From Tubulanus polymorphus (taxonomy: Eukaryota; Animalia; Nemertea), in assembly GCF_964204645.1 (NCBI RefSeq), contig NC_134033.1, positions 5,108,231 to 5,172,230 on the forward strand: DNA of 64,000 nucleotides, written 5' to 3'. The notes beneath the pieces were generated by a model. That model was not told the DNA's origin. It did not search any database and saw only the letters and a list, made by a program, of their open reading frames with translations. This document shows positions 1 through 13,703 of the stretch, one piece after another (position 1 is the stretch's first letter; each line of letters begins with the position of its first letter). Both the position numbers and the translations under genes were made by a program.

Positions 1-459
1 TAATGGCTAGCGTTCATTTGTTGTTGATTTACAGGGGCGAATCCAAGCTGGAAGAACGAGGGTTCAGCTCTTATGAAAAGGGCCCTAGTCAATACAGGTC
101 TCCCGGTGTGAAACGGTAGTTTGGGGTTTGTGCACTTTGATCATAGGGTGGATTTTTTCTCCTGTGATTCAAAAGGGCACTTGGTCAGAAAAGGGGAGGG
201 TTTAACGTTTAATATGGCTCGAGGCGAACAATCACCGTGTCCTGATGCGTTGGGTGATTCAGTCGAAGGACGTGTTGGATTCGGGCGATTCAGTCGGCGC
301 AGACCCTGACAAACTAGGTGATTTTACCGACGATTTCATTGCACAACATAAGTGCTCGACGAAATTGCCTTATGTGTCCCCAGCTTTAGTCCATTTGAGA
401 CTTTAGTCCAAGCGGGCTATTGCATTCACCCTTTGTTCATCTGTTGTTGGAATCCAGTA

Positions 460-1140
460 TTTTGGGAAGTTTTAATACTTTTGATATTTAAGTTATACAT
501 ATATCTATCCTAGCCATGTCTCCAGCCCAAAACTGGTCCGAATCAAGATGGCTGCATTGGCCAACTGCATTGGCCATTTTCATTCCCCAAAATCATCACT
601 TATGAAGATGCTTCAATCTTGACACAAGATGGCCATCATGTGACCTTTTTGTACCCAAAAAGGTCATTTTTGCCTTGTAGCTGCCTAATGGTTTGCAATT
701 TTTCTTTGAAATTTGTAATGGGTGTACATTCTTAACAATCTAAAACATACGAGACAGATTTTTCGATCAGTCAAGCGTGACACATTTGGCAGCCATCTTA
801 GTGTCATCAGTTCTTATTCATAGAAAGAAAAAGGTTTTTGAAGGAAAATATCAACAGGTTTTGACTTATAGTCTTGATATTTGATAATTGTTACCACTGT
901 TGTAGTATTCATCTCATGTGGAATTGGGGTTACCCAGGTTTTTGTTCTCACCACCAGGGGGGTTGAATATTGAATTATATAAGGGTCATTCATTTATTAC
1001 GCACGCATTAGGAGTTTCAATGTCCTGTTTCTATTTTATTATGTTGATTGGTTAGCATTCGAAACCATATGGGCATGGTGTCCCTAGACCCCTTGTTTTT
1101 CATCAGGTGGCGTTGAACATTGAAATTTCCAGATTGTCAA
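460..1140 (-). mobile_element. Degenerate copy of a non-autonomous repeat family with internal tandem repeats (family A)
   Basis: Reverse complement matches parts of 46705-47995 (e.g. gggcatggtgtccctagacc vs ggtccagggacaccatgccca; cagcccaaaactgg vs ccagtttttgggctg). Boundaries approximate. Confidence 0.6.
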
Positions 1141-1517
1141 GCATTTCACCATATGGCTTAAAATCAAGTCATTGAAGAGTGCAAAAACTGTTAACTGTTA
1201 TATGCAGAAGACTCTTAGAAAAAGCTACAGAATTCAATCATCATCCCAAGCAGCTGAATTTGAATTATTTATCCGGGTAAAGAAATCATTGTATACTTTT
1301 GCTTAATTTTTTCAAATGGTTATCATTTCAGAACAATGTCGAAAGGAGAAGGGTGCGAAAGAGGCCAACATAAGACATGCCATAACTCAAAGATTTATAA
1401 AATTTATGAAGATGAATAAATCAGTTAGTATGGAAAATGTGAATCTCTTGAGTACGTTCATTCTAAACAGCACATGGATTAAGGAGATTTCCTCACATGG
1501 TGGTTTGATTTGAATTC

Positions 1518-1883
1518 AACAAAAAATGGCAATTGAAGACACATGTATTTAGCATGAAGTACACGTGTAAGACACGTGTAATATTGGATGAAATACACGT
1601 GTAATTAGGATAAAGTACACGTGTAATACAAGATGAAAAACACGTGTAATAAGGATGAAGTACACGTGTAATACACGTGTAATTTGGATGAAGTACACGT
1701 GTAATTAGGATGAAGTACACGTGTAATTTGGATGAAGTACACGTGTAATACACGTGTAATTTGGATGAAGTACACGTGTAATTGGGATAAAGTACACGTG
1801 TAAAATTGGGCAAATTTTACACGTGTACTTGAAATACACGAGTATTTTCATTTACAATTACACGTGTACCATTTTTGTAAGGG
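1518..1883. repeat. ~22-bp tandem array (ttggatgaagtacacgtgtaat) with 15 CACGTG palindromes, probably internal repeats of a non-autonomous DNA transposon
   Basis: CACGTG counted 15 times in 1562-1866; flanks acaaaaaatgg / ccatttttgt are inverted. Confidence 0.8.
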
Positions 1884-3333
1884 TGGCATGGTTTCCAGAG
1901 CAAAGGCTCCTTGTCTGTGCAACTGAGCATATATTCATACAAATCCTTCATTAAGAAATTATCCATTCTCGAAACTCTATGAAGCTGAATTTTGAAAGAG
2001 GGCCTCGTTAAAAATTATATCAGCTTTCTTCGCGAAAATCTGATCACAAAATATCTGTTTTAAAAAGGCAATCAGAAATCAAAGACTCCACTAAGATTGG
2101 CTAAGTCGCAGAGATCAGCAGGTGTTCACGTGAACCCGCGGTATCGTCTACCGTTTTACTTCCGGGTTTTATTTTTTTAAGATCTAAAATTGTTATCCAA
2201 GTTTTCAATTGAAACGAAAATGTCGTCAGAGTACTACCACATCAAGTTTTACCTCTAGCCCAGGGATACGCGTGTAGTGTATGTAATCCGCACGAAACAA
2301 GCACGAACTCACATGTAAATTTTTTGCAATATTTACGCTTCCAACTACTATAACGTCGTTATTACCAGTCTCGCCGGAACAGAGAGATTTCCTATTGGAC
2401 ATTTGCACTCAGTTTCATGTTTGTAACTATGTAGTAAATTTTTACATATATCTTTTACTGGGACGAGAAATTCGTGAGTATTTCTGTCTGAAAATCCGCT
2501 GTAGAAATTCAGTCAAAAATAACTATTGATTTCAAGGATTTATTCACTATATACCATTTCGCTTATAGTTCTATGTTTAAACAGATAGAACCGGTATTCA
2601 CCGTATACTGCGCATTGTGATATTCTGTAAATTATATACCTACAGCTCCATAAATGACTACGCGCACTCAAAATTCATCTTCGACAAATCGATGGTTTTT
2701 TTTATTGCTTATTTTCCTCTCACAACACACACATACACAAATACGAATTAATTTTCCTTTCTTTCGAATTCACGTTTCAACTTACTATAGTGCTTGATGA
2801 AAAACATTCAGTAAACAAAACATAACGAATTTGATCGAGTTTGATCGAGAAATACCAAATATCCATTTAAGATTCATACTACGTGCACACTGTTAACTAT
2901 AGCAATTCCACCTCAATTTGACGGTAATCTCAGTTACAGGTGACGTCATTATGGGAGGTCAGCGTGGTGTTGTTTTTATCTTATTCTATTTATCTAATTT
3001 GGCAACCATAAATCTTTCGATCTTCAAATCAGTTCTAACTAATTTCTAGTACGCGCAAGATTTATATGGATAATTCTTCGGCTAGGCACTTGTGCTTAAA
3101 TCATAACACGACGACTCCAGCAACATGACTCCAAACGGCCAGTCGATCATGCAATTCCTAGACAATCATTCAGCCAATGATTTGTCCAACAATTCAGCAC
3201 AGACTATAGCGTCGCGTTTATTGATTGGTTCTTAATGGAATCGCTAGTAGGCTACTGTTGTATTGTATTTGCATTTAATACTAAATCGAAGCTGACACAT
3301 TTTATCAATATCTCCTCATGTTATTGAGACTTA

Positions 3334-3675
3334 AGCTGTGATCACATAGACACGATTTGACCCGGGCCAAATTGGCACGGATCAGGCTCGGGCCAAATTT
3401 GGCCCGTGCCTAATTAGAGAGCGCGTTCACACGCAAACCATTCACTCGATACTAAACAATGCTCAAACAAAGCGAAGTGGATCATTTCCGGTGCCAGTTG
3501 CAATTAAAACGCAATCATTTGGCTGGTGCAAAAATTTGCCTCGGACTTTGTCCGAAGTTTTTGGTCGGGTCAAATTCGGCCCGGGCTAAAAGGCTCGGGC
3601 CCATTTGGCACCCGTGGGAACAGTTGTTCCGGGCCAAATTTGGCACGGGCCGAAAATGCTCCTGTGATCGCGGCT
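3334..3675. mobile_element. PIF/Harbinger-type MITE
   Basis: TIRs AGCTGTGATCACA / TGTGATCGCGGCT; TTA target duplication at 3331-3333 and 3676-3678; internal gggccaaatttggc repeats. Confidence 0.75.
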
Positions 3676-4269
3676 TTATGCGAGGTATTGCAAATTCAAG
3701 CTCCCTTTATCCCTTAAGGTAAAGCTATAAAGCAGCGATAACGGGTCTTCAGCCATTGCTGGTTTAAGAAGGTTTATTTTACTTTACTGTCCCCTGGTGG
3801 TAATTATATTTAAGTAATAAACTATTACGCGTTTATTGTTAACTGCAACGACTCAAAATGAATCTTGAATTTTCGTGTAAACTTTCACACGATCTAATGC
3901 CATAATATTCTAACTGTGTTTATAGTACGTATATAGCATACCGCGCGATGCTTACGATTTTCAACAAAAAAAATAATCGATCGATTCGTATTCTATTTCC
4001 CCCAATTATGCTCTGATTTCAACCGCGTAATTGGTTATCTAAGCTGTTCTTGGGCAAAACGATATCCGAGAAATATGATATTTTGTTCGACGTCAATAAC
4101 TGAAGTACATATATTTCAATATCAAGTAATCGGTATTGGCGCACATTTGCGTTTCTGCAGCGTGGTGTGTAGATGGTGTGAAATCATTTTAAACTATGGA
4201 TGTAAGAGTGGACACTAATTGTCTCGCTGTTATTACCAACTAGCGACCGTGCGTTGTGTGCGAACTGAA

Positions 4270-5391
4270 ATGATGGCTTTCGAAAATGTATCGGTTGTTG
4301 GCGCCGAGATTCTCAATGGATCAGACCTGACGACCACCACTGAGAAGGCAAGGTTTAAACCGCATTCGCGGTGTAAATATATTCATCACGCTGATTACAA
4401 ACCGTTTCACGAGAATCTGTATCTACAGATCACGACGTATGTTATAGTCAGCATTGCCATCTTTGGCTTCGGAGCAAATTTACTGTCTTTTATAATTCTC
4501 AGCAAAGAACGTTCTAACAACACCAGTATATTTTATATGAGATGTTTGGCTATTGCGGATACGTCTATTTGTTTGTCTTATATTGTATTTGACTTTCAAT
4601 ATCGGCTCTACAATCACACACTCATACTGGATATGACAGCCGAAATCAACCAAGTTATGAAGCGCATGTATTCATACACTCAACACATTCGACTTTTGTT
4701 TTCGTGTATCAGTGATCTAATTACTCTACTAATAGCTATTGACAGATACATCGTAGTTTGTTGGCCCCTGAAAGCTGTAAGAATCATCACATTTACGAGA
4801 AGTTATGCCTACATCATTTTCGTGGTGGCAGTTACCTTTGTTGATGAGTCGAGAAATTATTTCAAATATTATGCTCGTAGGTCCATTAACCCGTGCACTG
4901 GGCACGAGCGATGGACTCAGAAGTTGACGCCATTTGGTAAAAATAAATATCTGAAATTATACGGTGTATTTGTCCGGGCTCCAATATTTACTATCATCCC
5001 GACAGCGATAGTGATTCTAATTACTATCAGATTGATCTTAACGTTACGAAGCGCTGGTGAAGCAAGAAAAAGCATGTCTACAAATAATCAAAATTCTAGC
5101 TGCAGCAGCAGCGACCGTAGTCTAACTCTGGCGTTAGTTTTTATTTCATGTTTCTACTTACTGAAGAAGGCATTTAGTCTAAGAGCAGCAGTAATGAATC
5201 TTATTTCAACTCTAAATGGGAAAATTTCAAAAGGTTCAATATCAACAATGTTGAACCAAATTCAAAATATAGTCAGAATGATCGTGGCGTCTAGTAATTT
5301 CGTAATCTATTGCGCTTCGCGGCGTCGATTTCAAGTTCAATTAAAAGCACTGTTTTCATTGAAAGGAAATCTAGTGACTGAAAAAAACTAA
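4270..5391 (+). CDS. Intronless class A GPCR, FMRFamide-receptor-like / invertebrate peptide-chemosensory group
   Basis: Seven hydrophobic segments; GANLLS (TM1), LAIAD (TM2), AIDRYIVVCWPL (TM3), SSNFVIYC (TM7); N-glycosylation sequons NVS and NGS after ATG 4270 (the ORF track starts at an upstream TTG). Confidence 0.9.
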   Translation: MMAFENVSVVGAEILNGSDLTTTTEKARFKPHSRCKYIHHADYKPFHENLYLQITTYVIVSIAIFGFGANLLSFIILSKERSNNTSIFYMRCLAIADTSICLSYIVFDFQYRLYNHTLILDMTAEINQVMKRMYSYTQHIRLLFSCISDLITLLIAIDRYIVVCWPLKAVRIITFTRSYAYIIFVVAVTFVDESRNYFKYYARRSINPCTGHERWTQKLTPFGKNKYLKLYGVFVRAPIFTIIPTAIVILITIRLILTLRSAGEARKSMSTNNQNSSCSSSDRSLTLALVFISCFYLLKKAFSLRAAVMNLISTLNGKISKGSISTMLNQIQNIVRMIVASSNFVIYCASRRRFQVQLKALFSLKGNLVTEKN

Positions 5392-6450
5392 AAACTTATA
5401 CCGACATATATTACCCCTCAACTGTGACTTTCACCTGCTGACTATAGTAGTAGTCTTATTCTTCCATTAGTTTCAAAGCATCGAGTCACAAAACCACTCG
5501 TATTCTGCAGTCAATTTCCTATCCCGTCTTCTTTACTTCTTGGACTGGACCATTGACGATGGCAAAATCTGATAGAATTATTAGACCGACATATCAAATC
5601 TCCAATTAGCTCGCCACGTAGCTTATTGCCCTATTACCTCTGGTAATCATGTACCCACGTCATTGCTTGACACGGAACCGTGTGTCTCGTATGACATAAT
5701 GTAAACAAATTTCCTCACTCCAACTCATGGGACAACGATTCATTGCTCCAACTGCTCCGGAATTCAACTCATTGTCGTTCTAACTTACCACCTAGTTCTC
5801 GAACGCAAGCATGAAATAAAGTTTTTAAATCAGTTTTGAAATATTCTCTAAAATTTCATGTTTAAGATTCTCAATAGTGTACAGGTTTAATAATAGAAAG
5901 TTTGGATAGATGTATTCCTCAGTAACTTTCGGTAGTTCTAGCTAAGACAACTACAAACGCAAGACCCTGTAATTTGACGAAGAGCAGACGATTAAAATAT
6001 ACACAGATTTATTCCTTAAAGCGAGGTTCATCATAAAGTGACATTAATAGATATGTGATGATATATGAGTATAAATGATACAGATTAAATATAAAACGTG
6101 TTTATCTTAATGATTAGTATACTGTCGACTTATTTCATAATACTTAAATACGAAACTAATGTTCTCTGATATCGAGCATATTCTGGCCGTAATTCTCATT
6201 GATTACTTGCCAAAAATGGCGGCCAAGTTAATTAAAATAGAACATAACTGCTCAAGAACATCTAACCTATTTAAACACATACTATTGCTCTAGTATAATT
6301 GATTAATATTATTTCAACTATTATATTAAAACACCATGTATTCGGCCATACTTAATAAGTAATATTATTAAATAAAGTACATCCTAGGCCTAGTCAATAT
6401 TTCCATAGAATATGACTTAATAAAATATTATAAAACTTATTACACATACC

Positions 6451-6683
6451 TGTAATTTGACGAAGAGCAGACGATTAAAATATACACAGATTTATTCCTT
6501 AAAGCGAGGTTCATCATAAAGTGACCTCAGCTGCCCTTCGTCCACTATTTATACCTCAAAAATACCATAACCCTGATTGGTCTGTTCCGTGACTTTGCCC
6601 ACGGTAACTAAGGTTTGGATCACCCTTGTTGGTGGTAACCAATGCCAAACCTGCTAATTGTTGGTACAAACTTGTTAATTACA
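6451..6683 (-). mobile_element. Solo LTR-like sequence, with a partial copy at 5968-6042
   Basis: TGTAATT...AATTACA termini; minus-strand TATAAAA followed by AATAAA; 75 bp identical to 5968-6042. No clear TSD. Confidence 0.5.
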
Positions 6684-9600
6684 CATTGTTATAAATTATA
6701 AATAATTACTCAGAACGACAGATTGTCGATCTCAAGAAATGACAAGTTCGCTTGTTTGCGATACCCTTGACTGGTCATACCTGCCAGGAAGGTAACAGCT
6801 TGCATGAACATGTTAATACTCCAATAGGTTCAGACAATATTTTAGTTAATAAAAAAAAAACACAAACATATTGATTTATAAAACTTTATAGTCGATTATT
6901 TTGATACCCATTTTTCAATATCTATTTTAGAGCTTAGCTGTCAGATTAGTGTTGCTAAACAGGTAGCTGATTGCGTATGTCTGATGTCATTAGATAAACG
7001 AGCTGCTATTCCTGTCGATACTAACGCATGGGAGATCACGTGTGGATATTATCACAACAAATTACTTCAAACTGTCAAATCTTTGACTCAAAGATTTTAT
7101 ATAATGATATCGGACAGTGCAGTATCGATAGTAAGATTGAAACCCACTAATTATCAGTGATTGGATGCATAATCGGTCATACTTATCGGCGATTGGATAA
7201 AATAGTACAACATTAGCATAATCGATAGTGAAACTGGATGATGGCGGTTTTGATGTGACCCGCGCGCGCGTAACGTAGACATTTGTTTCTTATTGTACGA
7301 GAACAATAGACAATGACATTTGACACATTTTACTTTAAATCATCATCTTCTTTATATTATAAACTCAACGCAGGAGAAACTGAAATTAATCTCGCACTTT
7401 CTAATTCTCGGCTGTTGTTTTTTGTTGATAATTATCAAATTATTTCGTGTGTCGAACGGAAGAACGCCACACGCATGCGCAACGCTTACGAACAACGTTC
7501 CCGTGGCGGATCACGTGTTTATGAGGAGAGAATTAGCGCTCAGATTCACTGGACCTCACAACGGATCATTAACCCCCTAGTACCGTGTCTTACCAACAGC
7601 ACCTCCTAGCGGGGGGGAATATCTATCCTATAACCTATGATCATCCGCCATCTTACGAGGAAGCAATGAGTAGCATGTGAACTCTTCAAACTTGAAAGAA
7701 GTGAAGTAAATCATAGTTCAAACTCGTGTTAAGTCATTTCATTTGGATAAGTCGTCATATTTTCATTGAAGAAGTAATCTCTATTTCTGAGTCCCAATTT
7801 GTAGGCCTATTTCTAATTCAAATCATTTGAAGTCGTCATTTGGTTGAGTTGATCGTCACATAACGACTTCAACAGTGAATTTTAAAACTTTTTAATTCAT
7901 TAATTCGATCTTATTGACAACGAGAGGGTTGTGAAATTGGAGGAACTGGCTCCGCGATATTACAATAGACATAGACCTACCTAGAGTCGCCATGGCAAAA
8001 ATAAAACAGCGCGAAATGGCTTCAAAATGATGACTTGAAAAGTTCGTAGCTACATCCAACATTTATATTCTACATTAGAATAATTGTAATAAAATGTTGA
8101 ATCTAATTCTGTTTCATGTTATGAATTTCTATGTTTGCAATAAAACACTGACGTTCACTGGTAAGAAAACAACCGCTCCCATTACGAGATTATACAAAAT
8201 TGAGAGGAGACCTCAAAATAACAAGAAACGAGTGAATTGAATAATCAATTAAAAAACCTGTCTTTTAAAAATATACCCGAGATATAGTGACAGCAAAACA
8301 AACATCGTGTGCCCAAAATCAGCTGAAATATCAATGAATTAATTCAACCAAAAAAACAGAAACCCAGGTACCACAGGAATAGGGCCGGGCCGGGTGAGAT
8401 GGGGCGTAGTGGGTGCTGTCTGAACCTGAAACCAGTTGTACGTAAGTAAATGTCATTTGTATTTCATAAGAAGTAGAGTTCAACTGTTCAACTCTTCATC
8501 TTACTCAAATCACACTTAACTCACAAACTGTCAAACATTTCCAATACAGTTCAATTGTGAATGAATGCAACTTTTACTGTTAAAAAGTTCCTATCGAAAT
8601 TACAAATGTGATAACAACAGCTGAAATTATATTCTAATTCAAAGACCTGTCAACTAAATATTCTAACCAAACCGATATATTCGGCCTACCCATTTAGGCT
8701 AGGGTTTTGGAGTAAGGAGGGGGATACTGAAATACAGAGACATGCTATACAGGTCACACCGGAATTCTTCAGTCACTCTGTCATCATCATTCAACTTCAG
8801 GTTCAATCTTCTGTGACTAGGGGGTCTTGTTCTTCTCACTGAAGTAGAACATACAGGCCGTACCTGAATCGGGCCACTCTGTTGTGTGCTGGGGGTGAAG
8901 ACACGTACTCTGTGGCCTAGTCTTCTTGGGTCTTGTCTCAGCGATGACCCTGAAATTTTCATGTTTATTTCAAGTAAAATATTAACATAAAAGGCGTTGT
9001 CTTATCAAACAATAAATTTGAAAAAACGGAAATTCTGAAAAAAGAAGGAAAAAAACCTGAAAATAGAGAGAAACCCTGGAAGAAAAGAAGCATGAAATAC
9101 AGGATCCTGAAATAAAGATATTAGGCATAAGTAATAAACAAACTGCATTTTCTATCTGTAGACCCAGAGACCCACAGGACCGTGACGCAAATAGAACCCT
9201 ATTTATTAATTAACGCATTTGATTTAAGATTGTATTAATATTCATGCACTCCTATAACTTACTAACTCACCGAGTAAGTTCCTTAAAACTAACTAAACCT
9301 ATAAAACATAATTTCAGCTGTTATCGTTTTTCTAACTTACAGTTTATCCAATCCTGTGTATGTACGTAATGTATGAATCCAATGATAATCCTTGAGACAA
9401 TTTGATTCCTTGTGTTTTAACAGTTTTTAGCACAGTTTATATAAATCCCGTAATTAGTTTGAGCGCGATTCCATTCCAACTAAATCCTGAACAAGAAGAC
9501 AATTCAAATTTCATTTAATTTCCAGTAACCGCTAAGTTTTTGAGAGCAGTCTATTTTAAATTCGTTTAAGCACCATTCCATACATGTTCACAAGAGGTGT

Positions 9601-10506
9601 CTACTTTTTACGAGAGACAGTTTGAGCACCTCTGTCCAGACTGGCAAACCATATACTATCGCGATAACCTCTAGGTGTAAACATACACGGACACCCAAAT
9701 GTAATAATCTGTGCGAACGACAATTATTGTCGAATACAATGGAGCTTCATGTTTCATATTATCTAACTATCGGGGTCACTGGTCATAATCCATCTCCGCT
9801 CTATAAACTGCGCGGTGACTCTAGTGAAGATATCAATCCATTCTGAACTGCATGAAGTATGTATCAACTTATAGTATGAATCAGACACTAGCAATATCTA
9901 ATAGCAGTTGATTTGATTTGAAAATTCAATAATCAAATTTGATAATGCCGCTAACACCAGGTCGCGCTCACAAAACATTACCATCTTTGATAGAACGCAT
10001 AATTAGTCATACTCGACGATGATTGGCTAATTGGTACGAAATATGCATATTCTAAACAGGCTGAAACCAGCTTCGATGCGACCCGCGCGTCACGTGGGCA
10101 TTTGACACATTTCACGTGACTTTTCTCATTTTCTACTGAAGGTCATTGAATCTGTATCGGAATCTGTTCATTTCAGATATACAGTAAACCCCGAATCCTA
10201 ACAAAAATCATTTTCAGATTTATTTTACGAACTTTATCTCGGATGACGCTTACCTCGGAACGAAGAACTGATAAAAGAAGAGGTGAGAACACGCGCCATC
10301 GAAATATTATCAGTGTTGTTTATAGTTTCGTGAAATTGTTTTTTTTTTCAAATTCGTGATTTTATCGATTTCGTTGCGCGACACGCTCATTGAGAGCTGT
10401 GTTTATATTGGACGGGTTAGAATTGGACGCGCGCCGGACAGACAAAAAGCTGATTTCAGCACAAACGATCAGTTTAATTGTGTTATACAATGTAACTTTA
10501 TTCAAC

Positions 10507-10628
10507 ATCGTCAACCCGTTTTCTAGAAGACTAATTATAACTCCGAAATACGTTATCGGTATTTGCTGCAATTGTTGGCTCGTTATAAGCACAGTTTCTA
10601 TTTTACCGCTGTCATCGTCGTCTTACTT
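10507..10628 (+). pseudogene. Isolated fragment of the GRL101-like receptor (ICL2-TM4 region)
   Basis: Near-identical to 13142-13250 but 13 bp longer; reads IVNPFSRRLIITPKYVIGICCNCWLVISTVSILPL in frame. Confidence 0.8.
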
Positions 10629-11607
10629 GGTTTGTGTTGGTTCCCTGAAAAGTCAATAGCGAACAGGTCCATACTCGCTACAAAACGAAGTGTTTTATAG
10701 AGACGCAGAATATTTTGAGGTATAGGATACATGGGTAACTAGCTCAGATATGTGTTGTCCGTAAAATCATTGTCCGTAAAATATAGAAATGACCACTCGT
10801 GAATTTAGATATATGTATTGTGCATTTATTACCGGCTGGTCTGGATGAGTGTGGAGGTACGAATGGCGATGATCGAGGAGGGGTACTGTTGTGGTATGGA
10901 TTCTCCACCTATGTTATGGTCGCGTATATCTACCAGTGTTATGGATCCGGGTTGGGTTCTCCAACTAGCGTTGTGGTAATAATTCCTCTCGACGATGTTG
11001 CGAGGGACACTCTCTTAGGTCGGATCTCAGTCCTTGGTCTTGACTTACACAGCTCCCAGATATAACTTAACAATTTCTAAAGTTATCTTTCGTTTATTTT
11101 CTCTTACCAGATGTATACAAGATCATTCCCCGGAACTGTCGTGCTAACTAAAACATCCCTATTTATGTAACTTTCTCTTTTGTAGCGTGTGAAGGTCCTC
11201 TTCCACACATAGCTTGGAATTCATGGCTTTTGACGTATTCATACGTTACAACATTCCTCCCATCCATGTATGGGCGATGACGTATCTGCACACGTCACAA
11301 TTTTCTATAAATATATTTTTTGCACTCAACAGAGTCCATGGCCGCACCATATTAGGTTTACGATTAGGTCTACGTAGACACATACGTCACTTCCAGACTT
11401 GTTTATTTATATAATTTCTATTTATGTTCATGTATGTACATATCCACGCAGGTTGTCTGGTACTGCAATACTGGCCATGAACTCCAGCTTCCGTGCAATA
11501 CTTGTTGATATTGTTTAACCGCTGATAACTGAACCCTACTAATATGTTCCGGAAGCTTTGTCGGTATAATTCATGAAAGCCCAATAATATATGTCCTAAA
11601 AGTCTTC

Positions 11608-13703
11608 ATGATAGATTGTAGTGGAAGTCTCGAAGAAGATAAATTGGTCACTAATATGACAGTGAATCCCGAGGTTTACTGTAATTATGACAATCACGGT
11701 ACGTCGCATTTCACAGATCTGTGTAAGGAATCGGATAAACAAAGATGTTCGCTCAATTCTCCTCACTGTTATTCCCGACACGAAAGGTGTATTTTAGAAA
11801 GCATACCGAATGGTTTCCCGGTATGTAGAAATCTTGAACATATACTCTCGTGTAATGACTTCGAATGCGCGGCTGGTTATGTTAAATGTCCGGCATGTTC
11901 CTGTATACCAATCAGGCACGTTTGTGACGGTCGATCCGATTGTCCTAATTCAGAAGATGAACGAAACTACGAGACTTGGTCGTGTCCGGGAATGTTTAAA
12001 TATGGCCAGGAAAATCCATGTATTCCGCAATCTGAAGTTTGCGACGGTGTCGTAAATTGTAAACATAACTCAGATGACGAGTCATACTGTAAGGTCACGT
12101 GTCCTGGTCGTTGTAATTGCCGGGGTCATTTCATCGATTATGCAAGTGCTCTTTTATCAGATATTACTGGTCATTTTACAGAATCAACTGGGTTTTGATT
12201 TTGTCAAATAATCGAGTCGTATTTAACGAGTCGACGTTCAACTCTTTCATTTACCTTCGTTTTCTCGATATTTCGTGTAACAATTTGTTTTTACATCGTG
12301 CCCAACGCGTTTTCTAATCTAAACAATCTATATACATTAGACCTGACTCACACAAATATTACATCATTATCTGCTAATACATTCGCAGGTTTGATCGGTT
12401 TAAAAGAACTATTTCTTATGGGAAATCCGCTGCAACATTTAGAAGACGGTTGTAGTTTCCGAGGTCTGACATCACTCACTGTTCTCGATCTTCACTCGAC
12501 TTTCTATATCGGTTCTTGGCGAAAATGTATCTAAAGGTTTATCCGCATTACAGTCGTTAGATAACAGCAATAACAGATTCCATTATATTTCCAGCTATGC
12601 TTTTTCTGGATTAGTTGGACTCGAAATTCTTGACCTCGTCTACAATTCCGAAGTAATATTTGTAAAAAGAAACGTTCTTGGCGATCTTACATCATTGAAA
12701 TACCTCGCTTCGGATGCTTACAAATTTTGCTGCATGGCACCGAATGTTGACCGATGTCTTCCCGAAGCTGATCAATTTTTGACCTGATGGGTAACACTGT
12801 ACTGAGAGCCATCATCTGGATGACTGAATCTTTCAGTTTTCTCACTAACAGTATCGTTATTATATTTCGCGTCCAAGCTTTGCAGATGGAATCCTCGGGA
12901 ACACGTAACAAATCTTCAGACATCCTCATCATAAATATTGCCGGTTGTGATTTTCTGTGATTTTTCGGTCTATTTGTTTTTGATCACAGGAGCTGACCAC
13001 GTCTTCAAATGTGTTTATCATCTGAATTCTGAAACCTGGACGGATAGTTAATTATGCCGTCTCTCCGGGGTTATTGTCACCGTTTCGTACGAAGATTCCT
13101 TGACTCTTCTTTTATTTCTAGCGCGTCAGAGATATTCAAATATCGTCAACCCGTTTTCTAGAAGCCCGATTATAACTCCGAAATACGTTATCGGTGTTTG
13201 CTCGTTATAAGCACAGTTTCTATTCTACCGCTGTCATCATCGTCTTACTTCGGAGACAATTTTACGGTACATCCGGAGTTTGTTTTCCTATGAATTTACT
13301 GACGATCGACGTCAATGGCTGGCACTATTCATTCACTATTTTTGCCTTATTTAATGCGGCCATATTGGCTACGATAATGACGACGTACGCTCAGATGTAT
13401 AGACTCGTATCTGGAAGTTGGACGGGCTCGGGTAGAGCCGATTCTACCGAACTGGTTTTAGCTCGAAGGAGTTTAGTAATCAATCTTTGTAATCTATTTT
13501 GCTGGCTACCGATAATAATCGTTCAGTTTTGCGCAGTATTTTCGGTCGAGATACCGAACCAGGTGGCCGCTTGGCTGGCCGTTCTATTTTTACCGATCAA
13601 CTCGTCTCTGAATCCGCTTCTTTATACAATACTAACTATCGATATGAAATCTATTCGTGAACGCAATAAAAGACGACTAGGATTGACGACATCCAGTAAA
13701 TAA
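11608..13703 (+). pseudogene. GRL101-type LDLa-LRR-containing GPCR (LGR), intronless pseudogene
   Basis: LDLa repeats (CIPIRHVCDGRSDCPNSEDE, CIPQSEVCDGVVNCKHNSDDE), LRRs (LYTLDLTHTNIT, LKELFLMGNPL), hinge DAYKFCC, 7TM end (CNLFCWLP, LPINSSLNPLLY). Several frameshifts (~12190, ~12295, ~12510, ~12780, ~12955, ~13200), an in-frame TAA near 13048 and Cys>Tyr changes. Confidence 0.88.

Noticed and set aside
10780-11130. Possible gag/zinc-knuckle remnant on the minus strand
   Set aside because: Too degenerate to support without a search.
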